This document shows, piece after piece, positions 32,557 through 44,984 of a stretch of 64,000 nucleotides of DNA; the stretch's first letter is position 1; every line of letters begins with the position of its first letter. Origin of the DNA: Klebsormidium nitens (lineage: Eukaryota > Plantae > Klebsormidiophyceae); the NCBI GenBank assembly GCA_000708835.1, contig DF237078.1:1-64000 (forward strand). Direction: 5' to 3'. Made by a program: the position numbers and the translations under genes. The notes below the pieces were generated by a model. The model was not told the DNA's origin. It searched no databases and saw only the letters and a program-made list of their open reading frames with translations.

Positions 32557-34384
32557 ATGGGAACCTGAGGGGCAAACATGCGCACACCTCGTAGGTAATA
32601 GACGTACCAGCAGCGGCTTGAGGCTGCCGGCCTTACTTTCCGCCTTGAGTTTGGGAAGATACGAGTTGCGAGTTGTGCATTTTTTGAAAATCGTGGATTC
32701 TCCTATTAGCACTGCGGACGTGCCGATGTGCTATGATAGGGTCGGCTGGCACCAAAGTTGCTTGTCGCCAGGCACCGGCATCCGTCGCTGGACAGTAGGT
32801 CTTCAGTCTTGTAGAGCAATTGCTCAAGGAAGAGTAATAAGTTAGGCCTTAGTGTTGACAGCTTCCGTTAGTCGACTCAACGAATGACTGCAGTTGCAGG
32901 AGAATCGACATTGAATTCCAGCGCACCAATAGCTGAGGGACGGATGTGGATCGCCCCTGCAACAACGAGTGTTGGTTTGGACAGAGAACGTATTTCGAAA
33001 TGTCGCTCATTGATAAAGTTGCAAGTCAACGGTGCCATAAATATGCAGGCCGCAGTTGCACCTCGACTGCAACCTACACACCCGCCGCCGAGATCATCCA
33101 AGTTTCACGATATCCGGGATCGGTTCAAAAACCCGATGCAAGGATAGCCAGCCCCACATGGGCCTTAAGCCTGGCGGCGGCCAGTGCATGGCCATGGCCA
33201 GCCGCCGGAACCTGGCTGTGTGTCATTATTGCACAATCAGGCATCCCCATGGTTCTGTAGCTCCTTTCGCCTGTTTAATCAACCAATGATCCCAACCCTG
33301 GTATATGTTAAGATGCCAGCTTGCTGTGAATAAGCACGCACGGATTGTATTTAGTAGATCAGTTCTTACCACCCGGACCACCCGTGACCAGCACCACTGC
33401 GAAACCGTATGTGTTGAAAATGTGCATCCGTGCGGAATCATGGTTGCAGCATCCTGCAATGCCAGTCGAGCGGCGGCCGTCCGCCCACAGTGCGTCAACA
33501 ACCACATGGCCATACCGGTATCATTGTGCCATGCATGGCATGAGCTCAAATTGGAAACGAACGGTACAAAACCAGTGAATTGACAGACTCAATAAGCTAT
33601 ATAGCTCATGCACGCTATAGCTAACCTCTCATGGTTAGCTGTCTGCGTGGACGGCTCTAGGCAGGGGTTTAAGAATATAAGAGCCGATGATGCAATAGCA
33701 CTGAGTAATGTAAAACCGCCTTCACATGTATACAAAAATATCTGGGATTTAGGAAATGATCTCAAAAACGTTTCCAAGTTACAACTGAAAACCTGCCGTC
33801 CAGCATGCCCATTGAATACATAGAGGCCAACCATGGAAGATGGCCTCTTTTCGTACTCGCCGTAGCCAAATAGGGCATATAGGCCACCGTTGTAAGATCA
33901 ACCTCACAACAATGCTCAGAGTCCATGCATTCAGCCTCCAGATCATGATGAAATGAAAGTCTTGCTGACCATGCACTGCAAGGCAAAATTAAAACGATGT
34001 GATACCATAGTGCCCAATGCTTGAAGTGAAGTAGAGCTGAAATGGGTTTGCAACGTACTCTTTTGAAAGGCGAATCTCTTTCCGAGCAGATCAATCTGTA
34101 CATGTCAGTAGTGTAACCAATGTTTGATCTTTAGCAAACGCAGATCCTTTGCGCGCCAACCCAGCCAAGCAGGCAAGATTGATCCTGCAAGGCGGTCGCA
34201 TTGAAACTCACAGTCTCCTACTTTAAACAACCCAAGCACTAAAAATCTGGTGGGCTATGATGGCTTTACGCGTATCCCCTCGAGTTGCAAACTGATCTCC
34301 TGGATTACAAAGCCCCCTCCACCCCCCCTTTCTTTTTTCCCTGTTTCTATTTTACAATACCCTTATGACACCAAAAATAATATC

Positions 34385-36704
34385 TCAACTCTGGCTATCC
34401 TCCTCTGAGCCCTCCACATCAGGTGTGGTGCTGTAGCTTTCTAGCCGCCTCCACACGACTGCCGGAGCATCCAGAGCCATTGCCTGCGCCTGCGACCTGA
34501 CCAGCGCCTGGTTGAGAGCACCCAAGCCAATGCTGGTCGCCAGGAGCCGCCTCGGCCATGCGGCCGTTGCTGGCACCTTCTCTGCAGGCTTTGCCAGGTC
34601 CTGCCCCGCCTCCGGCTGAGGCCTGGCCACCTTAACCTTCCCGATCCGCGCCAGGCTCGGCCCTTTCGCATTACGCACTGGGATGCGCGTGAACAGCGCC
34701 CGCCGCGGAAGCATCCCCACCCTCTTCTTCTGCACCTTGCTGGGCGCGACGTTCTCGTTCTCCTCCACGGCCGGTGCAACAACCGGCTCCGCCCCTGCCT
34801 TTGGCCAGGCACACCGGGGCCCCTCCACTCGCGCCTCCTCAGCCCCTGGCAGCTTCAACGCACACCTGGGGCCCAGGACAGTTTCTGCAGGCACCTTCAG
34901 GGCACACCGGGGGCCAAGAGCTCTCTCCTCTGGGAGCTTGATGGGACAGCGGGGACCAAGGGCAGGGGGTTGATCCTCAGAGACAGCCTGCACCCCTCCT
35001 TTCCTGGGCCAAGCACAAGCTGCGCCGAGCACTGGAACGGGGGCAGGGGCAGGGGCAGGGGCGTTCACTCTAAGAGCGCAGCGTGGGCCCAGGACGTCAG
35101 GAGGGGCAGCAGGGGAGAGGGAGGGGACCCCCTGCTTGGCAGGCCACTCGCATCTAGGACCAGCTGGCGTGGGAGTAGACGGGCCGTGTGACCTGAAGAA
35201 GATCAGGCCACACATAAGAAGAGGGTTCACCTAGCGCATAATGCTCAAAATAGACAGCGAGCAATGCAGTGTCTCGGACCACAATGTAAACAAGTATTGA
35301 CAGATTCTACCTACTTCACACTGCACTGTCCTGCGCATGTACAGGTTTTCCCAGCAAACACAGTAATCATCCAGACAAGTTAAGCATTTCCTGCTTGTTG
35401 CATTATAAACGAGATACCCTTCCAAGCCAAGGAGGAAAACTTGGAAACCTGCAGAGCTGAGGATCAAACAACGTCTATTACGCAATCTGCACATGGAATG
35501 GGTCCTAAACACATCAAAAACGGAGCAGCCAACTCACATACTTGTAATAGGAGATGCAGAGTTGCCCTCACCTTGCTGACTGCTCAACTGGAAGTTGAGG
35601 CTGCACCCTGGGCCAGGCGCATCGTGGCCCCTGTGCCAAGTCGTGGTCCGGGATGGGCTCCAGGGCCACAGGGACCACCGCCCACGGCCAACCCTGGACC
35701 TCCTTCTTGGCCTTGCTAGGCTTAGCCACTCTCACGGCTTCCTTCTTGAGTAAAGACGCGGCAGCCGGCCAGGCACACCGTGGTCCCTCTGCAGACGGAA
35801 CTTCCACCATGGCTGCCTCTTTCCTGGGCCATTCACAGCGTGGATACATAGGCTCCACTTCCGGAAGGGCTGTCGAGAGGGCAGACTGGCTTTGTCTCGG
35901 CCAGGCACAGGCTGCCCCAGCAACAACAAGGGGAGCCGCCGCAGACCCCGTGATAGTGTTCCGGGGAAACTCACAGCGTGGCCCCAAGACCCTCTCCTCC
36001 GGCTCCGTCTTCAACACTGTGCGTGGCCAGGCGCACCGAGGACCCAAAACCCTTTCCTCTGCCTCCACTGTCAAAGTAGTGCGGGGCCAAGCACTCCGAG
36101 GACCCGGAAGCCGGTTTGCACTGTCGGTGCTGACTGCTTTCCGGGGCCAGGCGGACCTGGGGCCTAGCTCCGCCTCCTCCAGATCAAGCAAAAGCTGCTC
36201 CGACCTGCTCCTCTTCATGAGCTCCCCAGCAAACTCCTCATGAAGTTGCTGACCTTCTGTGACTTCCTCGTCCACTTCCTCAAAAAACATGACAGGGGTC
36301 GCTTGACCAGACTTGTGCTCTTTGGGCCAACTGCAGCGAGCGGCCTGCGACACTGGTTCAGGGGCTTGGGTCCATGTGGAGGCTGGAAGGGTGGGAGAAT
36401 TTACGGCCTTGACTGCCTGCGCTGCGCTTACAGCATCCACAGCTGTTCGCATTGAATCTTGGACCCAGGACGGAGATGGAAGAGTCTCTGCTTTGCTTCC
36501 GCACATTGCTTGTTGACTGTGCTGTGAGACAGCGAACCCTGTGCTCCGCTGAAAAGTTGACCTGCTGTGCGACCTCATGACCCCGCTCGACAGCTGCCGA
36601 ATCGCGGCCTGCTCACCAAGAAAAGCCCCGCTGCAGGAAGACATGGCACCTGACATTTGCCGCGTCTGCAGGGGGCTGATCGAAGCATACGTTGCAGACG
36701 CCAT
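34385..36704 (-). CDS. Unrecognised 646-aa repeat protein with ~16 GPRC(A/E)WP-like motifs and a plastid-transit-peptide-like N-terminus
   Basis: Exons 36704-35572 and 35192-34385 are joined in phase 2 by a canonical GT-AG intron (1941 nt, 647 codons including stop). The repeat motif is in frame in both exons. The Ser/Ala-rich, acid-poor N-terminus (MASATYASISPLQTRQMSGAMSSCSGAFLG) resembles a transit peptide. Confidence 0.8.
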
Positions 36705-37035
36705 TGCGTGGACACTTTCTCAGAAGAATGTGGTCCACCAAAGTGCCCTGCCCAACTTGTATGTTCGACCAGACCTGACCCTACCGCCTCTGGCGACGTG
36801 ACTTCGAGAACTCCCGCAGCAGCATTCTTCCTGCAAGTTCAACACAGGCGCAGACTTACAAGTTACACAGCCTCACTGTCGCACTGAAGTCTGACAGGCA
36901 CAGTAGCGAATTTGCAGCAACTGGTGCGCGGGACCTTCGCTGATTCGGATAGCCGCCGTGCTGACTAGGAAATTTTGTGGATAACGCTATCCACTTTTCT
37001 TGCTTTCGACAGACACAATGACCTGCTCCAGCCGG

Positions 37036-37344
37036 ACGTAACGCATTGAATTAACTCCTCCAAGGTTATATAAAATGGGGCACAATCGCGCCGTGAGATA
37101 GAAAATGGACCCAAATCCCCAGGTTAACAAGCTGAATGTTACAATCAAATGAGATCAAACACGGCCAGTTGTCGATGGTGACCTTTCGATACCTTCGATG
37201 GGGCGCGACGTCGACAGCGAGAAGAGCAGACACGTAACACGTCAATCATGATGTGTTACACGTCTGTTTGTCAGAGATCTGACTCAGCAGAGAAGGTGAC
37301 GTAACGCCACTTGGCCTGAGTTCTGTTACCCGGCAAAATGACGT
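37036..37344 (-). promoter_or_regulatory. Putative promoter of the repeat-protein gene: TATA-like box plus ACGT-core cluster
   Basis: TATATAA lies on the minus strand at ~37066-37075. Seven ACGT cores occur at 37036, 37208, 37232, 37239, 37260, 37299 and 37341, several within an imperfect hairpin (37226-37268). Confidence 0.4.
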
Positions 37345-37436
37345 GAACGAATTTGTTTTGATTGGTTCACAAGAAGTCCTGTCAGATTCGTAGATCTGTC
37401 AGAGTACCTATCAGTTGCACCTTTCGCCGTTCGAAG

Positions 37437-37929
37437 CAGTGTTTACCACGAAGTTTTGAGGTTGCCGGTCGCCCAGAGGATCGGGGGTCCCCGATCAGTC
37501 GGTTGAGAGCAAGCGACGGCCGGTTTGCCAGGGCCGGCTCTCTGGATTTCGGCCGGTTGGACTATATGTCCGAGCGACATTGCGGCGGTCGGTTTTGCGG
37601 CCATTTCCGTCCGATCTCTAACATTTTGCAGGCTTCGGTGGTCTCCCGAACTCTATTAGCTTCTAAAAGCTACAAAACAGGCCAAATCCAGGTTGGAGGA
37701 CTCAATCGCACGACTAATCGGTTCTAAAACCCTGTATTCTGCTGAATTAAAGTTGGTAATTGCTCATAACGCAATCTGCTGGACTGGATCTGCCCGGTTT
37801 GCTGAACCGACAGCCTCTGTTTGAGCCGGCTTCTCAACCGGCCTCCGGCCGGCTACCCTCGTCTCGGTCGGCTGCAGCCGATTTTAGTCGGTTGCAATAC
37901 CACTGCAAGTCGGTTCGTGGTAAACACTG
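37437..37929. mobile_element. hAT-superfamily non-autonomous DNA transposon (493 bp)
   Basis: Perfect 16-bp terminal inverted repeats CAGTGTTTACCACGAA / TTCGTGGTAAACACTG. Perfect 8-bp target-site duplication GTTCGAAG at 37429-37436 and 37930-37937. Many subterminal CGGTT/AACCG motifs; no transposase ORF. Confidence 0.92.
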
Positions 37930-39785
37930 GTTCGAAGCGGTCAAATCGCCGATTGGTTTGTAGATTGGCACGTTCCCCGCCTTGCTGACACATGGTCGCG
38001 CCTCACTTGCGCCACCTCGATCGAATCGAAAGTGAAAATCGTCAGGTTGAAGGTCTCCTTGGCAGATAGGTACGCCGCTGCCATGGTTCGGCCACAGGCT
38101 TCTTCCATTCTTCGATGGCATATGTGGTGTATTTCTATCGCTATTATGCTACCTATTAGACACTACCAAAGATTTGTCGTTGATCAGATGATTGATAATA
38201 GCCTAAGAACAAATTTATGTCGGTGGAGTCGAGCACAGCCCATTGGATGTACTAGTACCGTACGGGTACGGTTTTGCCATGAGAATCAGTGAAGCCTTTT
38301 GACCTTAGTAATAGCATGGCCGATCATATTGTTATTGTTGTTGTAATTGGCTACGGCGAGTACGAAAGGGACCATTGAGACCATCATATCTTTACGCGCA
38401 CTGATCCATGATGGGTTAAATGATAGCCTGGTTCAACAAAAAACCGGCGAATCCGGAGAAGAGCAGCTGGGTGTGCACAGCTTGTGTGCACATCATTGAA
38501 GAGGCAATAGTGTGGCTCGTGCATTGAAAGGCTTAGTACACACACGCCGCCCCGCGCGGGACCACCGCAGCTGCGGCACCGTGTTCCGTCCCGGCCCGCA
38601 GGTGCCGGCGTCCCCCCAGTCATATTCTGTCAATTCAGGAGACGGCAATTGGTTTCAATTACCTGCCCGGGCTGAGCCACCGGGTGTCTGCAATTTTCGA
38701 TCGTTGGCCAAGCAGCCGGCGGGGACATTCTTCGGCGAGGCGGCCATGAGTACGAGGGTCATGATCCTGATGTTCCCGATTCGCCGTCAGCCTGCCCTGT
38801 CGGAGTTTCTCGCTGGCTTTGGAAACTCTGCTTTTGCCAGGCGAACTGGTATATAGATAGGCACGCCAGTCTTGATATTTCATATTCATGATAAGATCGA
38901 AGCTCACAGGTCATGTGAACATGTGCTACTATACGTATTGTAGATTTGCAGTATGGTATGCTCAGAGCTATCTACCCCGCTCTTTTTACATGCTTTTGCG
39001 GGCTCCTTTGAATGCATGACGGGCTATATTTGAAGCTACAATTGTGACTGTATAAGCTCAAGACCGCGGGAGCCTGAATATGAATCGAAGTGAAGTCGAG
39101 TGATTAGTACTTACAAAGCTACTACGTTTTTCACTAAGTTCCGGGCCCACATGCAATTATAGCAGCTGGCCCTGATGCACAATGATGCGGCACTTGAGGC
39201 CAAGACGGACGCAAACTTCCAAATTGTATCGGATACTAGCCGATCATTCAGGCTACTAAGTGATCTGTCATGTCAAATGCTCTCGCCCCTCAAGCTTGCT
39301 ATTATGCGCCATGTGACTTTCGCCATGACGAGCTAGATTGTCCCTTGATCCGCCCATCATGAGGGAGCACATTGTGGGGCATACGCAAAGTGCAAAGCAC
39401 CTTCACAAACTCCGGGACGTCTTGTAATTACCATGTCATCCCTTATACAAAGCATGTTGAACTTGGGGGACCGCCTGGGACGCGGAGTGAACACAAACCG
39501 ATAAATAACGATTGCAGTGCGCGGCCGCCAGCTTGCAGTAAGAAGCCATGAGATGCACCAGTGACACAGTTCTCGCGAGCTCTGCTTTGGTCAGCTATGG
39601 AAATTCACGCGTAGCTTCTGACAGGATTTGTGGATGACTTCGAACGGATCAACTGGTTGGCACTCCGGCCCAAACAGCTTGCGAGCTGACCGCAAATATA
39701 ACATAATAGTGCATTTTGACGGAATACAAGAGCGAGGAAACCCGACTTCGTACCTGCTATACCTTCCGGGTCATGCCAACCAGAT

Positions 39786-42700
39786 CTACAAAGATGCAGG
39801 CTTTGCTCTGTCACCATTGGTGCCGGTGTCGGATGTTATTCGACTTCTTTCAAGACGCATCACCTGGAAAACGAGAAAGAAGATTGCCATATTAGGCGTG
39901 CCTTCTATGGCACCGTAGGTGCCGAGTCACCGTGCCACCATAGTCGATGGCGATGGGTTGTATCTATGCAAACCGACACTCTCATCGGAGTTATTGTGCA
40001 GCACATCTGGAGTTCCCTTCGGCGCCTGGACCATGTCTGACCATTGGCATTGGCACGGGGCATCGGTGTGACACGCATCCGCACCGGCAGGTCGGACGGT
40101 TCTTCTCAGCGCAGTTACGCAATTGGGCTGCCGCTCACCTTGTCCTCGTTCATGGTCAAGCGCTCCTCAAACATGGCCATGGTCTGCGTCAGCACGTCCA
40201 GCTGGCCCACAATGTGCTGCACGCACGCCACGACAACACGCAGAGTTTCAACGTGCTCACGAGCGGGCAAAAAAGGTTGTTGCCGGCAAAACTCTTCGTC
40301 AATAACCACAAAAGGTCATCGGAGACGGGAAAGACGCACAGAGCAGTTTTGGAGCTGTAGCCTGGTTTCTAGAACTCCATTGGGCAGTGGACGCAGAGCG
40401 CGAAGGATTTGCCCTCGCTCTTGACAACATAAATCTCCCAAAATAGCAACTTAAAGGGTTCGAGTGTAAGAGCTACTTACTTGGAGGGTAGACGCCAGCG
40501 CCTCGTACTCCGTGGCCGCGGCCGGGGCGGTCGCCTGGAGTGCCTCGCGCGCGCGTGCCTCCGCCGCCCTCTCTGCAGCAGGAACTGCTGTCTCCTCCTG
40601 CGTCTCCGGCTGCACAGGATCGAGGAGAAGCGTCGCTCTTCAGTCAGGGATCGCTTCAAGCAGAAGCCACGCCCTGTTGGAGACAAGTCCTGGCGTCGAC
40701 ACTGGGTCAAGGGTCAAGCATCCTATGGAGGCCCCGACGTGTGATGCTCCCCGCCAGGTGGGTTTCCTGCTCCATAATTAGCTACATCTCCAAGTCAAAA
40801 AATCCATACGTTCCAATATAGGAACAACGCACTGGAAAAGTCAACTCCTAGACGATTCTTTGCTACCTTGTTCTCACAGTCCCCCACCTGCTCTCTTTGA
40901 CTTGGCCCCGCTGATGGCCTAGGCTCCCTTCTTGTTGGCCCTGCTTCGTTTCCAACAGGTCCCTGCGCTGCTTCACGCTGTCGCGGAGTTGGCAGGGCCG
41001 GACCGTCTTTCCCAGCCGGCCGCGCCACACCGCCAGCCTTCTTGCTGGCCGCAGGAGCGTCTCTGGCGGCGGGTGGCACGTTCTCCTTGGTGGTGGCAGC
41101 CAGTACGTACCCCTCTGCGAGGAAATGGTGTAATTGACTTTCAGTTAGAGGGATGGCCAGCGGAGACAACATCCGGCTTTCATTTGAGAGTATGACATAA
41201 AGATTGCGTCAATCGGCTCCGTTCAGAGCGCGCGTCTTCAACGTCGAGCCCTCCCGAGAATGTAGGAGGCTTTATCGAGCACGACCAAAATTCGAGGTCG
41301 CGGCGGACCGGTGCTCTGAAGGAACTATGCTGCAAATCGTTGAACTGGTAGAAAGCATTTGCAGAGCTCATTGCAGATTGTCGAAGGGCCAGCAAACAGC
41401 GGCCCTTTGAAGTACAAGCGGCAGCTCGCACGCCCCTCTGCAGTCAGCCGCCAGCGCATATTCGTAGCTCGCGCTGCGCGGCGCTCACCGACGGCCCTGT
41501 CGAAGTTGGTGCGCCAGACCATGACCTGCTCGTCCGCTCCGCCCGACGCAAAGAAGTCGCCCGCTGGCGAGAAGTTTGCGCACGTGGAGGGGCCCTCGTG
41601 GCCGTGCAGCGTGTAGAACAGGTGGCCCTCCCGCAGGTCCCACACCTGGGGCGTATCACGTTTGTAAGATTTTCAGCGCATTCCCAAAACGCCCCTGGAT
41701 ATGCCGATCAGTCAACAAGCTGGATCCTTTCGACCAACCCTTGTCCAAAGGACACATCCTTTGTATTCTTGAAAGCTGCCTCCTCAGCATCTGGCAGACA
41801 AGTAGTTCAAGGTTAGCTGGAGCAAGCAACGCCCCCTGCTCTCTGCATCGACGAAGCACCTTCCAAACGACTGGACGACCATACTTGCCAGCTTGAGGCA
41901 GCTGTTTGGAATGTACCTTGAGAGTGCTGTCCTGGCTGGAGGAGATGAGGAAGTTGCCGGAGGGGTGGAAGTCAACGGACTGGACGGGACCGGTATGCGC
42001 CCCATAGTGCTGCACCAGGGACCGTGTGCGCACGTCGAACACCTGACGACAAGGAAAAGGTCAGCGATCTGGGGGCCTGTTTCTCCATTGCCCTTTCGAT
42101 GCGCTACTCAAAGAAGCTGCCCGAGTCCGACTTGCTTTCTTGTCAAAGCGAGTGGCAAGAGTGCTGTCCCATAAGTGAAATGAATCCTTGTCACGAAGTG
42201 CAGTTTAACGGAGTCTGATGCAAGGTCTGACGTCCTGCTTGCCAGGCGTGGGCGAACCAAAGACAAGGGACTCTTTTTTTGGTAACGTGTTGAGTAGGCG
42301 ACTGACGGTGGAACCGCTGACCTTGATGGACTTGTCGGAGGAGCAGGAGACCATGCAATTGCCGTCGGGGTGGAACTGGACGCTATTCACATTCCTGCGA
42401 ACAGAAGCACCGGCTTACTTGGTTGGCCTGCTTCGGTTGAAAAACAAGACGAGAAGCCCGATGTGAACATATCGAGTTGGCAAGAAGCAGGTGCAACTCT
42501 GCTTCGAGTGCGAACAGCCTGACGGCCTGCTGAATCAAACTCTTCGTTCTTGGGTTTGATTCTCACCCTGTGTGGTCGTCATATGTCTGCAGACATGTAC
42601 GTCTCTCTAGATCCCAGACTTTTGATGTCTTGTCGTCTCCACCAGAGACGGCAAGCCTGCACGTGAGAGCCAGATGATTGAGCGGCTTTTGGAGTATCGG

Positions 42701-44286
42701 CAAGGGGAGAGATCAAACAGAGGTAGTGGATCCTCCTAAGGATACCACAACAAACGTAGGTGGGAAGCACCTCTTGCCTACACCTTGACAGACAAGCAAG
42801 TATCAGATGTTGTTACCAGCGACCAGGACTCAACGATTGTCTTCAGAGTGCTTTACCTGCCATCTGGGCTGAACTGCGCAGACCGGATCCAGTTGCTATG
42901 CCCAGATAACGTGAACTGGAACTTCCGGCTTTGCATTGACCAGACCTGCAGAGGAGCAAAACCCCCACAGCGCTGTAAAGCAAAAGCATCTTGCTTGCTC
43001 CAGGCATCTCACCGCATTGTCACTGCACCTCGGATCATCTGGGGCACCTCTTTCTTATGACAGCGTACGGGAAACGACGCCGGGATGAGGCAAGCTGCTT
43101 AAGAATCTGGAAGCATGGCTCAGAGAGCGGTACTCAAGATGACTAACATCTTCCGCAAGTGGCGGGCAGACTTGCTCACCTTGACGGCCTTATCATCTGA
43201 GCCACTTATTAGGAACTGTCCATTCTGCGAGAAGGCGACACTTCGCACAGGGGCTGTGTGAGCCGACAGGATCGTAGACCGGCCCTCTCTGCAAGAGTCA
43301 AGATCGCAAAGAGGCACATTCAGCACAACGAGCCGCTTGATTGAGTCCATTAAAGTCGAATTACCTTGTCATGAAGCTCAGGACCCAAACAATGAGCAGA
43401 AATCCACACTTGCTTTGGCTTATTGGTACAGGGACTCACACAGTGGGCACCCAGAGCCTGATGGTCTTGTCCTTGGACCCTGACGCAATGATGTCCCCCA
43501 CCGGAGAGAAGGCTACTGCAAAGACAGATGCCTGCAGGAAAGGAGTGGGCAAAGGCTAGGAGTAGACTTGTAGACGCTCGTTCTATGAGGAGATGAATGA
43601 AGGGTGCCAGTGCAAGCACAGCGTGACCTGAGCCGTGCATACGTGCTTGGACTCTATGGGTGCCACAAACAAGCTGCCTACGAGCCTAGATGCCTGCGGA
43701 GCTTGAAGTTCTGTGAGACCGCAGCACTATCAAATTACCAGTCAGAGCAGAGTGGTAATCAGGGGCTCGGTGCAAGGGAGTTGCCTACCTTGTGGCCCAC
43801 AAACTTGAAGGCCCGCAGCTGCGGTTTGAAGTTCCAAACCATCACCACACCATCCAGTGAAGATGAGACGACCTGTTTCATGTTGGGGTTGAAGACGACG
43901 GAGGTGACGGCATCCTTGTGGCCCCGGAAGGATCGCTCCAGAGCAGGGTCCTCACCCTGTGACAGAATTGGGTGCCGTTATAGCGTGCTCAGGCTCCAAT
44001 TCACCTTGGACGCAATTTGAAGCTGCTGCCCGCTGAGGGAGATAGATTCAGAGGGTAACTGCCGTAAGGATCACTTTTCTGCGGTATCCTTAGCTCAACA
44101 AGTTACTGAGTGGTAATTTGCAAGCAGAGTGCCAACCGATGCTGTTATCTAATAGGGAGCAAGAAAGGCCATATGATATTAAAATTGTGTTGTGGAACGA
44201 CTTGCTTTCACCTCCCCATCAGCAAATCACAAGAATAGCTAGCTACTGCAATCAATACCCGAATCATCAGGCTGGCAACTCACCAT
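39786..44286 (-). CDS. POC1: Centriolar WD40 protein POC1 (WDR51)
   Basis: The start ATG (44286-44284) splices to [56 protein letters not shown] (43956-). Successive WD repeats follow ([56 protein letters not shown]). The C-terminal Poc1 coiled coil reads [26 protein letters not shown]; last exon 39863-39786. Confidence 0.93.
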
Positions 44287-44984
44287 GCCTGGCTCAGCGC
44301 TCTCCTTCATTCTGCCAAGCTGCAATACGTGTGGAGTCAAAGATGCTGCTCTGATTAGATGGGTGACCAACTCTGCAACACTGCGCATCTGCCCTCCAGG
44401 ATCAGGTCTCCAACCGTTCGATGGTAGTCCTGCTGGACAATAGCAACACGAGTTTCAAAGACCAACAGCCGGCTGCAAGGATTGGGGTTGAGAAGAGCTC
44501 GGCCGCTCTCACCGTTCTTCTGAGCTCATTTCATGCCGCAATGTTTCTAAATTCTAGGCAAGAGCTTTTATTGTCGAGAAGCTGAAAGGGAGCCCGCGAG
44601 CTGGAAGTGAGAGAACCCTAGAAACTGAACATGGAGTTCAAATTTCTACAAACGGTTGCATGCTCTTGTCGCCAAGAAAGCCTTATTCACACCAGGTCAG
44701 ATTGCAGATATTTGCGGCCCACATCCGTACCAGCGCTGTTTTGGCCTCGAATCGGTGTTAACACCAACCACATGAAGGAAAGGGCGACCTTGGGCAGCTC
44801 TGGCTTTTCTGCACCTTCAATCACAAGTTCTGGCGTCCGAGTTCACCGGATTTGTTGAGCCCAAGAGTTTTCAAACTTGAATCAAAGCTTTTTCAATGAG
44901 AAGGAGGTGAACTTGCAAGTTCTGTGAGCTAGAGTCGCTCAAACTCAGAGGTCATTTTATGTTTGAGGAGTTGCTGTGTCCATA

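Noticed and set aside
32887-33075. Cluster of GTTGCA/TGCAAC inverted motifs
   Set aside because: Matches are only 6-7 bp, with no extended terminal repeat or target-site duplication.
33608-33823. IWDLGNDLKN similarity to IIDVPFDLKN in the 55.3 kb frame
   Set aside because: A single short match with flanking blocks in a different order; cannot be separated from chance without a search.
38257-38272. ACCGTAC-GG-GTACGGT palindrome resembling fused ends of the 58224 MITE
   Set aside because: Only 6-7 bp match each end, too short to call an internally deleted copy.
38400-38860. GC-rich patch with a 114-aa ORF and a WVCTAC motif
   Set aside because: No consistent gene model or complete zinc-finger motif; left unannotated.
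39628-39918. 96-aa plus-strand ORF
   Set aside because: It overlaps the POC1 terminal exon and 3' region in antisense and shows no motif.
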